Part shown: piece by piece, positions 23,160-34,466 of the stretch
Position numbering within the stretch: the first letter of the stretch is position 1
Layout: the number at the start of each line of letters is the position of its first letter
Source of the DNA: Octopus bimaculoides
Taxonomy: Eukaryota
Assembly: GCF_001194135.2 (NCBI RefSeq)
Contig: NC_068986.1
Location: forward strand, 56,556,736 to 56,592,215
Direction of reading: 5' to 3'
Length of the DNA stretch: 35,480 bases
The notes under the pieces: generated by a model
Told to the model about the DNA's origin: nothing
Database searches by the model: none
Seen by the model: only the letters and a program-made list of their open reading frames with translations
Program-made: the position numbers and the translations under genes

Positions 23160-23160
<1 letters not shown>
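21696..23160 (-). mobile_element. 5'-truncated Dong-like R4-clade non-LTR retrotransposon
   Basis: Minus frame ...INTLAVPVISYS...IDRKARKIMT...HHPKSDIERLYIQRTEGGRGLIQLE [gap] KLSKYKDLEIEITRMW..KTETIPIIVGALG...QKIALLGTAHILRKTL*, i.e. post-RT and restriction-like endonuclease end. About 100-bp 3' UTR; (TAA)n on both flanks, the known Dong target. Confidence 0.92.
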
Positions 23161-23198
<38 letters not shown>

Positions 23199-23943
23199 GA
23201 TATTGTTAATATTACTAATCGTCTCGATATATCAACTCTTGCTAGGGTGCATACATATGGGGCTTAAAACAAATTACACTTCCATCCATACAAAAATATA
23301 CCTAAGGGCAATAATAGTTCATTGGAGAGCGCCTACTACTTCAGTACAAAGTACAAGCAAATACAATCTGTAGAGGTGCGAAGTTAATATTAAGTTGTTA
23401 AATTATGTTATAGGTGGGGCGGGTTCTGAAATGAGTAAATCTAACGGAGTCTTCAAAAGATGGAAATAGACCCATATGCTGCCTGAAAATTAGGCCCAGG
23501 ATAAAATTAAGTTAAACAAGCTAGCACATAGTGTAGAGAGCAAAGCTAGTTGCAAATAAAGCCATTGCCGAGATGGCAGGTACAGGCTCACTTACGGGGG
23601 TGGTAACTGGGAGATTGAATACTTATGCCCTCTGTATTCTAAATTAGATTCATAGTTGAAAGAACTGGTATTATTAAAGGGGGTGAGAAGGTTATATTAA
23701 GGAGAGAAGGATTAATAAATATATTATGTATTTAGTTATTATGTGCGGGTGGAATTTAAACTCGGATAGGTTGGTGTAGGGATATCAATCCTGGATTACC
23801 TATAAGGGACCTGGAAGTGTAAAACTATTACATTAGCTTCAATTTGGAAGTTAATATGACATTGTTTAGTATTGAGATCTACTATTTCTGTGGTGAAGAG
23901 CTCTGGGTGCTATTTGTGGGGATGATGCAAAGGGTCTCTAATG

Positions 23944-24845
23944 CTATTTAAATTTAGAGAAGGTAAACTTATCCTTGTGTAGGCAAGCTAAGTTGCTCTC
24001 TCCCTACAAGTTAAGTAATGGATGTTGTGCCGTTAGTATTAAAAAAAAAATTTCATTGATACACAAATGGCGTTTCTTATTTCTAACATTGTACGAAGGT
24101 ACGGAGGCGAGGAATTTCCATTGTAAAATGAATCTAATATCTTTACCTTTAAGCTCCCAAATATATTTACTTAATCCGGTCGAGTTAATCTTCTTTCTGT
24201 TTTTGAAAGAGTGTTGGTGTGCGGCTAGTCTTCGTTTCATTTCATTTTGGGTAGCTCCTATGTATATCTTTTTACTAACCTGTTTTGTGACTGTGCACTG
24301 GTAAATTAAATCTTTTCTTTTATAAGTATTCCCAAGAGCGCAGTTATCTTTATTTCTATAGTCACATAGTTTGTACTGGGAGGGAGGAGAATTACATACT
24401 AGTGGGTTGGTTCTAGGCGTATTAAGGTTGATAGGGCGATTATGGTTCTGAGTGATATCGTTACTAAGTTTGGGGTGGCTATGGAGGTTATTATTTTTAT
24501 TCTTACTATTACTGTTATTATTGTTATTGTTACTTCTATCTAAATAGAAGATTACTAGTTTTTTAGGGAGGAAATAATGCTAGCTAAGTTATGCGTGAGA
24601 CTATAACCTATCTTTATTACTTTACTATTAATAATTTCCGAATACCTGGTATTCTTATGAAAGCATTTATTTATAATTTTAAATATTGATTTAGCTAAAT
24701 CCGTTTTAATTTGCATAGCATATGGGAGAATAAGCCAATTAATGTCTTTCGTTCTTTCGGTTATCTTGCCGAACGACACAATTTTATTGGTGTTAGAGTG
24801 ATGCATGTAGTGTATGCATTTATTATTATTAATCTTATTATCTAA
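23944..24845 (-). pseudogene. Penelope-like element ORF remnant: RT-EN linker plus GIY-YIG endonuclease
   Basis: [22 protein letters not shown]...[17 protein letters not shown], a frameshift near 24560, an Asn-rich linker, then LCDYRNKDNCALG...LIYQCTV...IYIGATQNEMKRRLAAHQHSFK...STGLSKYIWELK...LQWKFL...HLCINE...LLNL*GESNLACLHKDKF. Premature stop at 24006-24004. Confidence 0.9.
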
Positions 24846-24857
24846 GGTATATGTATA

Positions 24858-24949
<92 letters not shown>

Positions 24950-25099
24950 TATATATATGTATATATATGCATATACATATATATATGTATATATATATAT
25001 TTATATATCTATATATGTATATATATAGATATATATCTATGAATATATATATGTATATATATATGCATATATGCATGTACGCATGCATATATATCTATC

Positions 25100-25179
<80 letters not shown>

Positions 25180-25186
25180 TGTGTGT
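24846..25186. repeat. (TA)n/(TG)n compound microsatellite joining the truncated PLE and CR1 fragments
   Basis: Direct reading. Confidence 0.95.
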
Positions 25187-25792
25187 GCCATCATTCCTCT
25201 TTTCTCCACTTTTGTACGGCCACACCTCGAATACTGCTGCTCCCTGTGGTCTCCCATACAAAACAAATCATCTCGAAAATCGAATCACCCCACAGGTCAT
25301 TCACTAAAAGAATTAAGAGCATGACTGATCTCGATTATTGGGACCACGTTAAAGCATTGAAACTCTAATCTCTCCAGCGCCGCTGATAACGATACATCAT
25401 TTGTGCGATGAGGAGAATATACCACCAGCATTGCTCAAACGACCTCAGCATTAGCTTCAAAATTCATCCAAGGCTAGGACCACGGGCCATACGTCCCCAA
25501 CCCAATTCAGAATCACAACATATAAATACACTGCAACACAATTTCTTTTCCTCAACAGGCCCTGACCTATTTATCATTGTCCCGAAACAGATTAAAGAGG
25601 AAAAGGATCCCATTATCTTTAAACAGAATCTGGACAAATTTCTTCAACTCACTCAACTAGCACTTCCTACTCGAATGGACCATAATACCACAAAACTTGA
25701 CTTTAAAAGGATTTAGCTAATCCTATCAGATGATGCAATTAGACATAGCCTGGACCAGTCTTTGGTCGAAACATATCTAAGTTATCTAAGTT
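25187..25792 (+). mobile_element. 5'-truncated CR1-type LINE 3' fragment
   Basis: [19 protein letters not shown]...FTKRI....[20 protein letters not shown]...GPDLFIIVP.QI......FKQNLDKFL is a typical CR1 post-RT region, with stops and a frameshift. 3' stem-loop GACCA-GTCTT-TGGTC (25753-67) and tail (ATCTAAGTT)x2. Confidence 0.88.
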
Positions 25793-25806
25793 TTATATAT
25801 ACCTGT

Positions 25807-25857
<51 letters not shown>

Positions 25858-25914
25858 TGTGTGCGCGCGCGTACGTGTGTGTGTGTGTGTGCATATTTGT
25901 GTATGAGGTTATGT

Positions 25915-25986
25915 CTTATGTCTGTCCCCCAACCGCTTCTCGACCATTATGTTGATTTCTTTGTCTCCATAGCCTAGCGGTTCGGC

Positions 25987-26038
<52 letters not shown>

Positions 26039-26167
26039 TTAGAACAAGTACCATACTTTAAAAAAATAAGTACTGGGATCGAATTGTTCTGCGAGGTTAG
26101 CCTTCGAGATGTTGCCCAAATATGGCCACGGTCCAATGACTGAAACAAATAAAAGAATAAAAGAATA
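25915..26167 (+). mobile_element. SINE 3' half with an internal (GA)n expansion
   Basis: tagcggttcggcaaaa(ga)n...aataagtactgggatcga...tatggccacggtccaatgactgaaacaaataaaagaataaaag. Confidence 0.85.
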
Positions 26168-26397
26168 GTTAAATAAGGATTACAATATCCAATATATTAT
26201 TTCTTATGGCAGCAGTTTTATTTGAGAAATATTTGGCTGTTAATGCCAGTGGGTTCACTCACCAGGTTAAGTGGTTGTTGTCAGCCTTGAAGGAGCAGAC
26301 TTGTGATGAAAACAATCCAACCTTGACTATCAAACCTGTTCAGAGGTATCTAGATATATATTATATAATATGATTATTCTATTTTTGTGAAGCATCT

Positions 26398-26842
26398 TTT
26401 ATCTTTTACTTGTTTCAATCATTGGACTACGGCCATGCTGGAGGAGAGTGAAGGGTTTAGTCGAACGAATCGTTCCCAGTATTTATTTTTTTATACTCGT
26501 TCTTCATTCAACACATTTTCTATGCTGAAGCGCTAAATTAAGGATACATAGACAAACCAACACCAGTTGTCAGGCGGTGGTGGGAAGAGGGACAAACACA
26601 AGGACACATGCACAGGCATGTATCTGTCTCTTTGAGTGTTTGTCGGTGTGTGTGAGTGTGTGTGTGTGTATCTGTGTCTGTGTGTGTATGCACGACAGGC
26701 TTCTTTCAGTTTCCGCCCTCCAAATCTACTTACAAGGCTTTGGTTGGAGCTATAGTAAAAGACACTTGGCCCAGGTGCCACGCAATGGGAATGAATACGA
26801 AATCATATGGGTAGGAAGCAAACTTACCACACAGCCACGCCT
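26398..26842 (-). mobile_element. Full-length tRNA-derived SINE
   Basis: The reverse complement follows the whole family layout; head caggtgccacgcaatggga...cttaccacacagccacgcct. Confidence 0.92.
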
Positions 26843-26915
26843 TAGTTAGGAAGATTTTACCACTAGGTTTAACTGGTTCAGTGTCCATCGTGTTTGATCA
26901 TATATTTATTGAGAA

Positions 26916-26916
<1 letters not shown>

Positions 26917-26968
<52 letters not shown>

Positions 26969-26993
26969 GAGATAGATAGATAGATAGATAGAT
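26917..26993. repeat. (GATA)n microsatellite
   Basis: Direct reading. Confidence 0.97.
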
Positions 26994-27136
26994 ACACATA
27001 TATGTGTGTGTGGGNNNNNNNNNNNNNNNNNNNNNNNNNNNNNNNNNNNNNNNNNNNNNNNNNNNNNNNNNNNNNNNNNNNNNNNNGGGGGGGGGTGTAC
27101 ATACATTCATACATCACTTCTGTCTCCTTCACTTTT

Positions 27137-27737
27137 TGCTAAACCATGTGATGTTCTCACATGGTCCAGGTTTTCATTGTCGTTAATAGTGTTGGAGAGA
27201 AAGTTAATTTCAGATCTATAGCGATTTGCTTGTATGCACGCAATAAGCATCATTACGTGACTGAGGGTTTTCCGTAAATCCTTTTCTCTGTCTTCAAAAT
27301 CCATGATAGCTCTTTCTTCGTTGTTTCGATTTTGTTCACTTTTTGAATGTCGTTCATATATTGCTTTGCAGTAATAGAAAGGGCATATAGACAGGCGTTA
27401 ATCTGCCAGAATGAGGGTTCATTACACTGCTGTAAATAATCCTCTCCAATTAAAATCGAAGTTATTTTTTCCCAAAATATTTCAGTAAGGGCACATTTCC
27501 CCAATATATTATCCTAACTACTACTACTACAATAAATGTTGTAGTTGTGCCTGCAATTTACCATAGTTGTAGTAGGGGGACAGTGGTCAGTTACTTTAGC
27601 TAGTAATGCAGTTTGACTGGCAGGCAGTATAGAACCTGTTGGGACGTCGCTAACTGCTAAACCATGTGATGTTCTCACATGGTCCAGGTTTTCATTGTCG
27701 TTAATAGTGTTGGAGAGAAAGTTAATTTCAGATCTAT
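27137..27737. repeat. Perfect 83-bp direct repeat (27137-27219 and 27655-27737)
   Basis: tgctaaaccatgtgatgttctcacatggtccaggttttcattgtcgttaatagtgttggagagaaagttaatttcagatctat occurs identically twice. Confidence 0.97.
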
Positions 27738-28257
27738 TTTTTTAATAAAGTTACATAAACTAACTTTCTTCCTATGTTCCACAAATGTTGCTTGTTGGCG
27801 TAATTATTTCGCAGTAAAATGATTTAGTTCTAGATGCAAATCGTCCCAATATGAACTCAGTCGATTTATATATCCAAGAGTGGAGTTTTGTTTTCCTTTT
27901 TTATAGCAGTTAAATTAATCAGTATTCAAATTATAACTAAAAAAATGTATTTTGTAGTTACGGTTTCTTCTACACAGCTAGAACGAATCTGTTTACCTAT
28001 TGAGCTGTTGTTTTCATTCTGTTCTTCGGTTGTGTTGTTGATGTTGTCTTCAGCCATGTTGTTTGTGGTAACCCTTTGAATGGTAAATTCAAGTTTCAGT
28101 CGAAAATCACTACGATCTTGAATAAAAGGCTCCTTTAGTTAATTCATCTGTAGATTCACCAGTTATTTAATAAAGCTGATAGTTGTGGCTTCAAAGTTGG
28201 AGATAGCATTCATTTTGATAAATAGTCTTCTACGCCAAATATGCGACTTGTCGCTTT
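27220..28257 (-). mobile_element. Inverted 5' segment (5' UTR plus N-terminal ORF) of the adjacent R4-clade LINE
   Basis: Minus frames: MAEDNINNTT... (ATG near 28057), NCYKKGKQNSTLGYINRLSSYWDDLHLELNHFTAK*LRQQATFV, FWQINACLYALSITAK...KKELSW, EDREKDLRKTLSHV..LIACIQ. These resemble R4/Dong-type N-terminal regions. Confidence 0.7.
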
Positions 28258-30925
28258 GTGTTGATCACCCTTAAGCAGGAGCTAAAATCTGTCAGTGAGA
28301 AACTCCATCAGAGGAAAATAACCGAGATAAAAACAATAAACAAAGAATTTAACTGGAACCAGGCAGCAGTGTACAGAGACATGAGAGAAGTAGTGAACAC
28401 CACGGAAGCTCCTTCACGAGAAGGCATAAACCCCTTTCGGAGGAAAATCTGGAGCGGAGAGGAGTTTAATCAAGATGCTCTGTGGCTGAAAGAAATTCGA
28501 GGAAGTTATTGTCCCTGCATTACACCCAAGACATATAGGGTGATACCCTTGTAACTGTGATCCAGAAACTTCAGGATTGAAAAGCACCAGGAAGAGATTT
28601 GATTGTTGGATACTGGTACAAGAAGCTAACCTTCTACCGAATATATCCTATCAACCTGCTCCAGCAAGCTCTCAGTGGGAACAGTAGCATACCACACTGG
28701 TTAGCTATGGCAGAGACAAAACTGATCCCCTAATGCAGAACCACCCATATGGCAAAAAACTACCGGCCGATTACATTCCAGAACTTAATGTATAAGATAT
28801 ATGCAACATGCTTAAACCTCTTCTCCCAAGACCATTGTGAAAGTAATAACATCATTACAGCAGAGCAAGCAGCTAAGAAGAAGGGAGTCTGGGGATGTGT
28901 CGAGCAACTGTTAATAAACAAAACTGTAATGTCAGAACTGCAGGGGCATAGGACTACAATGTGGCTGGACTGCAAGAAAGCCTTTGACTTTGTCCCCCAC
29001 TCATGAATGCTGGAATCCCTTCGACTTGCTCAAGTTCCAGTGAGCATAGTCAAAGCAATAGCTAATTTGTCTTCATCGTGGGCCACCATTTTGAAGTTTA
29101 ATACAAAGAGGGATTGTATTGTCACTGATAACCTTAGAGGTATATTCCAAAGGAACAGCCTCTCTGTGATGTTGTTTATACTTTCTGTAAACCCCTTGTC
29201 TTTCATGTTAAGGAAGTTTGAAGGATATCTCATTGGTTCATAAGGCAATAAAACTACAAAAATTACACACTGCTTCTTTGTGGGTAACTTAAAATTATAT
29301 GCAAAGAATATGCATGAGATGAAATAGAGCCTTGAATTGGTTACAACATTCTCAAAGGATACAGGGTTGAAGCTTGGTCAGGATAAATGTTACTAAATGG
29401 TTGTGGAAAGAGGGGAAACTGTAAAACAGACTAACAACATCTCTATCAATGACAACTGTTTCCCTTGTATCTGACGAGGGATGTTACAGATACCTTCGGA
29501 TGGATGAAAACATACCTTACGATAGCACCTGTAACAAGACAAATGTCGCTAAAAATTCTTACAGCTGAATAAAGAAAATATGGACCTCCGAACTATTTGC
29601 ATTCAATAAAACTGTGGCCCACAATATGTTTGCAGTGCCAGAACTCATACGAACATTTGGGCTACTTGATTATACGCTTGATGAGATCCGAGCCGTTGAT
29701 GTGAAAACCTGGAGGATACTAACTAGCACACAAAATTTCCACTTCAACAGTGACGTAGACCATCTTTATCTAAAACGAAAACAAGTGGGACAGAGGCTTA
29801 ACATCAATCCAGACTGCCTTTGAATGTCGTATCATATCTCTTCGGCAATATCTTTTAACCACCAAGTGTCGAAGTGCATCCCTTTATCAAGTTTGCATAC
29901 ATAAAGCTGATAACATCATGAGACTTGGAAAGCAGCTCCTTGAGCAACACTCCTTGTCCAATAACCTTAAATACATACCCAGAGAAGTTGCACGACTCTA
30001 CTGCAACCTATCATCAGATGAAAGGATGAGCTTATATCAGCAGAAGACCATGCATGGATATGTTAGTAAAAAGTTCCGGAATGATAGTAACATCGATCAT
30101 CAAAGCAGTCTATCATGGACAAACAACCGGATTACTAACTCCGACTTTGACTGGGATGCGTTTGCCATCCAGGAACAAGAAATATCAACCAAATACCTGA
30201 CGCGCAAAAGGGACAGAGACGCGAGAAAAACAGCAAAATATGATAACTGATGCAGACTTTGTGGAGATATCACCGAAAATATCACTCACATCATAAGCAG
30301 TTGTCCGAAAATGTCATCACGGTACTATCTACCGATGGGACATGATGTTTTCTGTAGCTAGGACACTGTATAACGAGATCCGTCGGAAGAATAACACCGA
30401 GATCAAAGAACTAAGAACCTACAATATGCTACAAGCCATAGCCATTCATAATAAAAAGGAGTACTGGTGGAATGTTCCAGTGAAAACCTCAGTAAAATGT
30501 AAACATGATAGACCTGACATAGTAACTTGTGATAGAGAAAAGAAACTGTGTACAATTATGAAAATCAGCTGCCCAGCAGATGTTAACATAAAGCTAAAAA
30601 TCATCGAAAAAGAAAATATATACGCTGAACTATTAAGGAATCTACAGCTGCTCTATCCAGATTTATAAGTTCAGGTTTATACCTGTAATCATTGGGGCAC
30701 TTTGATATGTAACACGCTGCCTAAATACCAATCTTGAGAAATGAGGCTTCTCAAAGCCAGAAAGGAGAAAGCTAATTCGAAGACTACAGATTCAAGCCAT
30801 CACCGGAACTGTAAAAGTCTGTAAAACTTTCCTGAAGTTTATCATTTAAGTCTATATAAACATGTCTAAGCATGCAGCTATATGCACAAGAAAACATGCA
30901 TAAAACAAAACATAATCTGCACACA
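28258..30925 (+). mobile_element. Decayed R4-clade (RLE-type) non-LTR retrotransposon: RT, CCHC knuckle, PD-(D/E)xK endonuclease
   Basis: KAPG (28581), NYRPIT..NLMYK, WLDCKKAFDFVPHS, GIFQRNSLS (29139), FVGN in place of FVDD (29277-88), LYLKRK..RGL, CRLCGDITENITHIISSC (30251-304), RPDIV (30510), IPVIIGAL. Stop at 30849, then a (CATA)n tail. Many stops and frameshifts. Confidence 0.95.
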
Positions 30926-31031
30926 TACATACATACATAAATACATACATACATACATATATATATACATATATATATGTATATATACATATATATATGT
31001 ATATGTATATATATATGTGTATATATATATG

Positions 31032-31065
<34 letters not shown>

Positions 31066-31444
31066 TGTATATATNNNNNNNNNNNNNNNNNNNNNNNNNN
31101 NNNNNNNNNNNNNNNNNNNNNNNNNNNNNNNNNNNNNNNNNNNNNNNNNNNNNNNNNNNNNNNNNNNNNNNNNNNNNNNNNNNNNNNNNNNNNNNNNNNA
31201 TATATATATATATATATACATACATATATATATGTATATATATATATATATGTATGTATTTGAATGTATATGAATGTATTTATGTATTAATGTTTCTTTC
31301 TATGTTCAGTTATAATAAACACAATGTTTGTATTAATCTGAAGGGTAACTCTATACTTTATACAGTACAATACACACACGCGCGCGCGCACGCATGAACA
31401 CACACACATACATACATATATATATACATTTGGGTGAGGGGAGG

Positions 31445-31561
31445 CAAATAAACACACGCACTATATATTTTGTCTTCACTCGTTTGTTACTGTTATTATT
31501 TTATTATTAACTCTTGTCCATTGTCTGGAAATCTTTCGTCACACATTAGTGACCTCTTCAG
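31445..31561. mobile_element. Single arm of the MITE family seen at 5580-5885
   Basis: caaataaaacacacgcactatatattttgtcttcactcgtttgttactg...gtccattgtctggaaatctttcgtcacacattagtgacctcttcag aligns with 5581-5690. Confidence 0.85.
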
Positions 31562-31590
31562 CGAATTGATAAACTTATTTGCATATACCT

Positions 31591-31640
<50 letters not shown>
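31591..31640. repeat. (GATA)n microsatellite
   Basis: Direct reading. Confidence 0.97.
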
Positions 31641-31660
<20 letters not shown>

Positions 31661-32552
31661 CTACTGGCGTATAGGTAGATAGACAGGAAGACATACATGA
31701 AGAAGCATATCAGTGCAGATATACATATACGCAGACACCCACATNNNNNNNNNNNNNNNNNNNNNNNNNNNNNNNNNNNNNNNNNNNNNNNNNNNNNNNN
31801 NNNNNNNNNNNNNNNNNNNNNNNNNNNNNNNNNNNNNNNNNNNNNNNNNNNNNNNNNNNNNNNNNNNNNNNNNNNNNNNNNNNNNNNNNNNNNNNNNNNN
31901 NNNNNNNNNNNNNNNNNNNNNNNNNNNNNNNNNNNNNNNNNNNNNNNNNNNNNNNNNNNNNNNNNNNNNNNNNNNNNNNNNNNNNNNNNNNNNNNNNNNN
32001 NNNNNNNNNNNNNNNNNNNNNNNNNNNNNNNNNNNNNNNNNNNNNNNNNNNNNNNNNNNNNNNNNNNNNNNNNNNNNNNNNNNNNNNNNNNNNNNNNNNN
32101 NNNNNNNNNNNNNNNNNNNNNNNNNNNNNNNNNNNNNNNNNNNNNNNNNNNNNNNNNNNNNNNNNNNNNNNNNNNNNNNNNNNNNNNNNNNNNNNNNNNN
32201 NNNNNNNNNNNNNNNNNNNNNNNNNNNNNNNNNNNNNNNNNNNNNNNNNNNNNNNNNNNNNNNNNNNNNNNNNNNNNNNNNNNNNNNNNNNNNNNNNNNN
32301 NNNNNNNNNNNNNNNNNNNNNNNNNNNNNNNNNNNNNNNNNNNNNNNNNNNNNNNNNNNNNNNNNNNNNNNNNNNNNNNNNNNNNNNNNNNNNNNNNNNN
32401 NNNNNNNNNNNNNNNNNNNNNNNNNNNNNNNNNNNNNNNNNNNNNNNNNNNNNNNNNNNNNNNNNNNNNNNNNNNNNNNNNNNNNNNNNNNNNNNNNNNN
32501 NNNNNNNNNNNNNNNNNNNNNNNNNNNNNNNNNATATATATATATATATATA

Positions 32553-33777
32553 CAGGGTACGATGGGTAAATTGTCATCATTTTATATAATTTCGTGCATG
32601 CGCATTCTTTGTTTTTGATTTTCTGGATTACGCAGTATAGTAGGTTCATGAAGCTGTTTTTCTGTAAGAAAAACAGCTTCATGACGCAATTCACTCTGCC
32701 AGAAATTTGGAAACAACATGTTGTACTGCTTGACATTCGCGCACTAAGCTCCAATACGAACATCTCAAAGTATTTGGATGTCAATCTGAGGACAGTGCAG
32801 AGGATTCGGAAAGAGCTGGATGAGTCTAATGGTGATTACGAATGTACGGCAGCTCGGAAAGCTCACTCTGATTGCTCTGACTTCTGAGTTTGTTGGTGAG
32901 ATCCAGGTCATGTTTGACAACGATCCCTCCAAATCAATCAGGTCTCTCGCAGGGGACATGGGAGTGTGTGAGTTTCTTATCAGGGAGGTAGTGCATGAAG
33001 ACATTCGGTATTCCTTATACAAGAAGAGAAGGGGCCAATTCTTATCCCAAGTCATCAAGGATAATACGAAAGACAAGACGAAATACTGCACTACGAAACT
33101 TTTGAACCAACTCAAGCATCCTCTCCAACCGAACATTGGATTTTCTCAGACGAGAAAAATTTTTGCCGGGATTAGATGGTGAACACACAGAACAACCGTT
33201 GGCGTGCCGTCTCCAAAACATGTACCGAGAGTGATGAAAATAAAACGTCCACTCAACAACATGGTGTTTGGAGTGATCACCAGTGATGGTGACGTTATGC
33301 CTACATTCATCTTCCTACACTACCTCAGACTCAACACAGAGGCCTACATCAAATGTCTGTAGGAGGTAACGTTGCCCGGAGTCAAGAGGGTGGCTGCTAT
33401 AAGACCCTATGTCTAGCAACAGGACCCTGCACCATGCCACACAAGCAGGAGAACCCAGTCATGGCTGTCAGACAATTTCCGCGATCACATCACCCAAAAT
33501 ATCTGGCCACCTAACTCGCCAGGTTGCAACCTCTTTGATTATTATGTGTGAGGCGCAGTTGAGCGAGTGACCAACAAAACGCTGGAGGCAAGGATTATGG
33601 CAACATTCACCAACTTAAACAAGGAGGCTGTCCAAAAGAATCGCAGGAGATCCGAAGTCGTCTGGAGACCGTAAATTTAGTAAATTTATGTAATTTTGAT
33701 AAATAAATCTGTTCAAATGAGATGTCAGTGTTATTTTCAATTTAGCGTAATTTATACAATTTATTTACTGCGCCCTG
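32553..33777 (+). mobile_element. Tc1/mariner DNA transposon, DD37D (maT) type, decayed
   Basis: TA|CAGGG...CCCTG|TA ends with degenerate ~25-bp TIRs. ORF from 32681 includes HTH-like VNLRTVQRIRK and PSKSIRSLA. Catalytic FSDEK (33149), QD..PCH (33423) and WPPNSPGCNLFDY (33537), with 37 residues between D2 and D3. Stops and frameshifts present. Confidence 0.92.
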
Positions 33778-33813
<36 letters not shown>

Positions 33814-34160
33814 NNNNNNNNNNNNNNNNNNNNNNNNNNNNNNNNNNNNNNNNNNNNNNNNNNNNNNNNNNNNNNNNNNNNNNNNNNNNNNNNNNNNNNN
33901 NNNNNNNNNNNNNNNNNNNNNNNNNNNNNNNNNNNNNNNNNNNNNNNNNNNNNNNNNNNNNNNNNNNNNNNNNNNNNNNNNNNNNNNNNNNNNNNNNNNN
34001 NNNNNNNNNNNNNNNNNNNNNNNNNNNNNNNNNNNNNNNNNNNNNNNNNNNNNNNNNNNNNNNNNNNNNNNNNNNNNNNNNNNNNNNNNNNNNNNNNNNN
34101 NNNNNNNNNNNNNTATATACAAAGAGAGAGAGAGAGAGAGAGATAGAGAAATATATATAT

Positions 34161-34250
34161 TCACTCACTTGTTTCAGTCACTGGACTGTGGCCTTTGTGG
34201 GATTTAGCCAAGAACTTATTTTATCGGTGTTTTGCCGAAACGTAAAGCGT
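34161..34250 (-). mobile_element. SINE tail fragment
   Basis: tcactcacttgtttcagtcactggactgtggcc..gggatttag..acttattttatcggt..gccgaaacgtaaag is close to 4722-4850. Confidence 0.75.
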
Positions 34251-34299
34251 GTAGGTTTGCAACTATGTGTGTAAGAATACTATGTATTAGTATGTGTGT

Positions 34300-34413
34300 G
34301 CATAAATATGTATGTATGTATGTGTGTATATATAGTATGTGTGTATTAGTATATATCTACATATGTATGTATATGTATATATATATATGTGTGTGTGTGC
34401 GTGTGTGTGTGTG

Positions 34414-34466
<53 letters not shown>

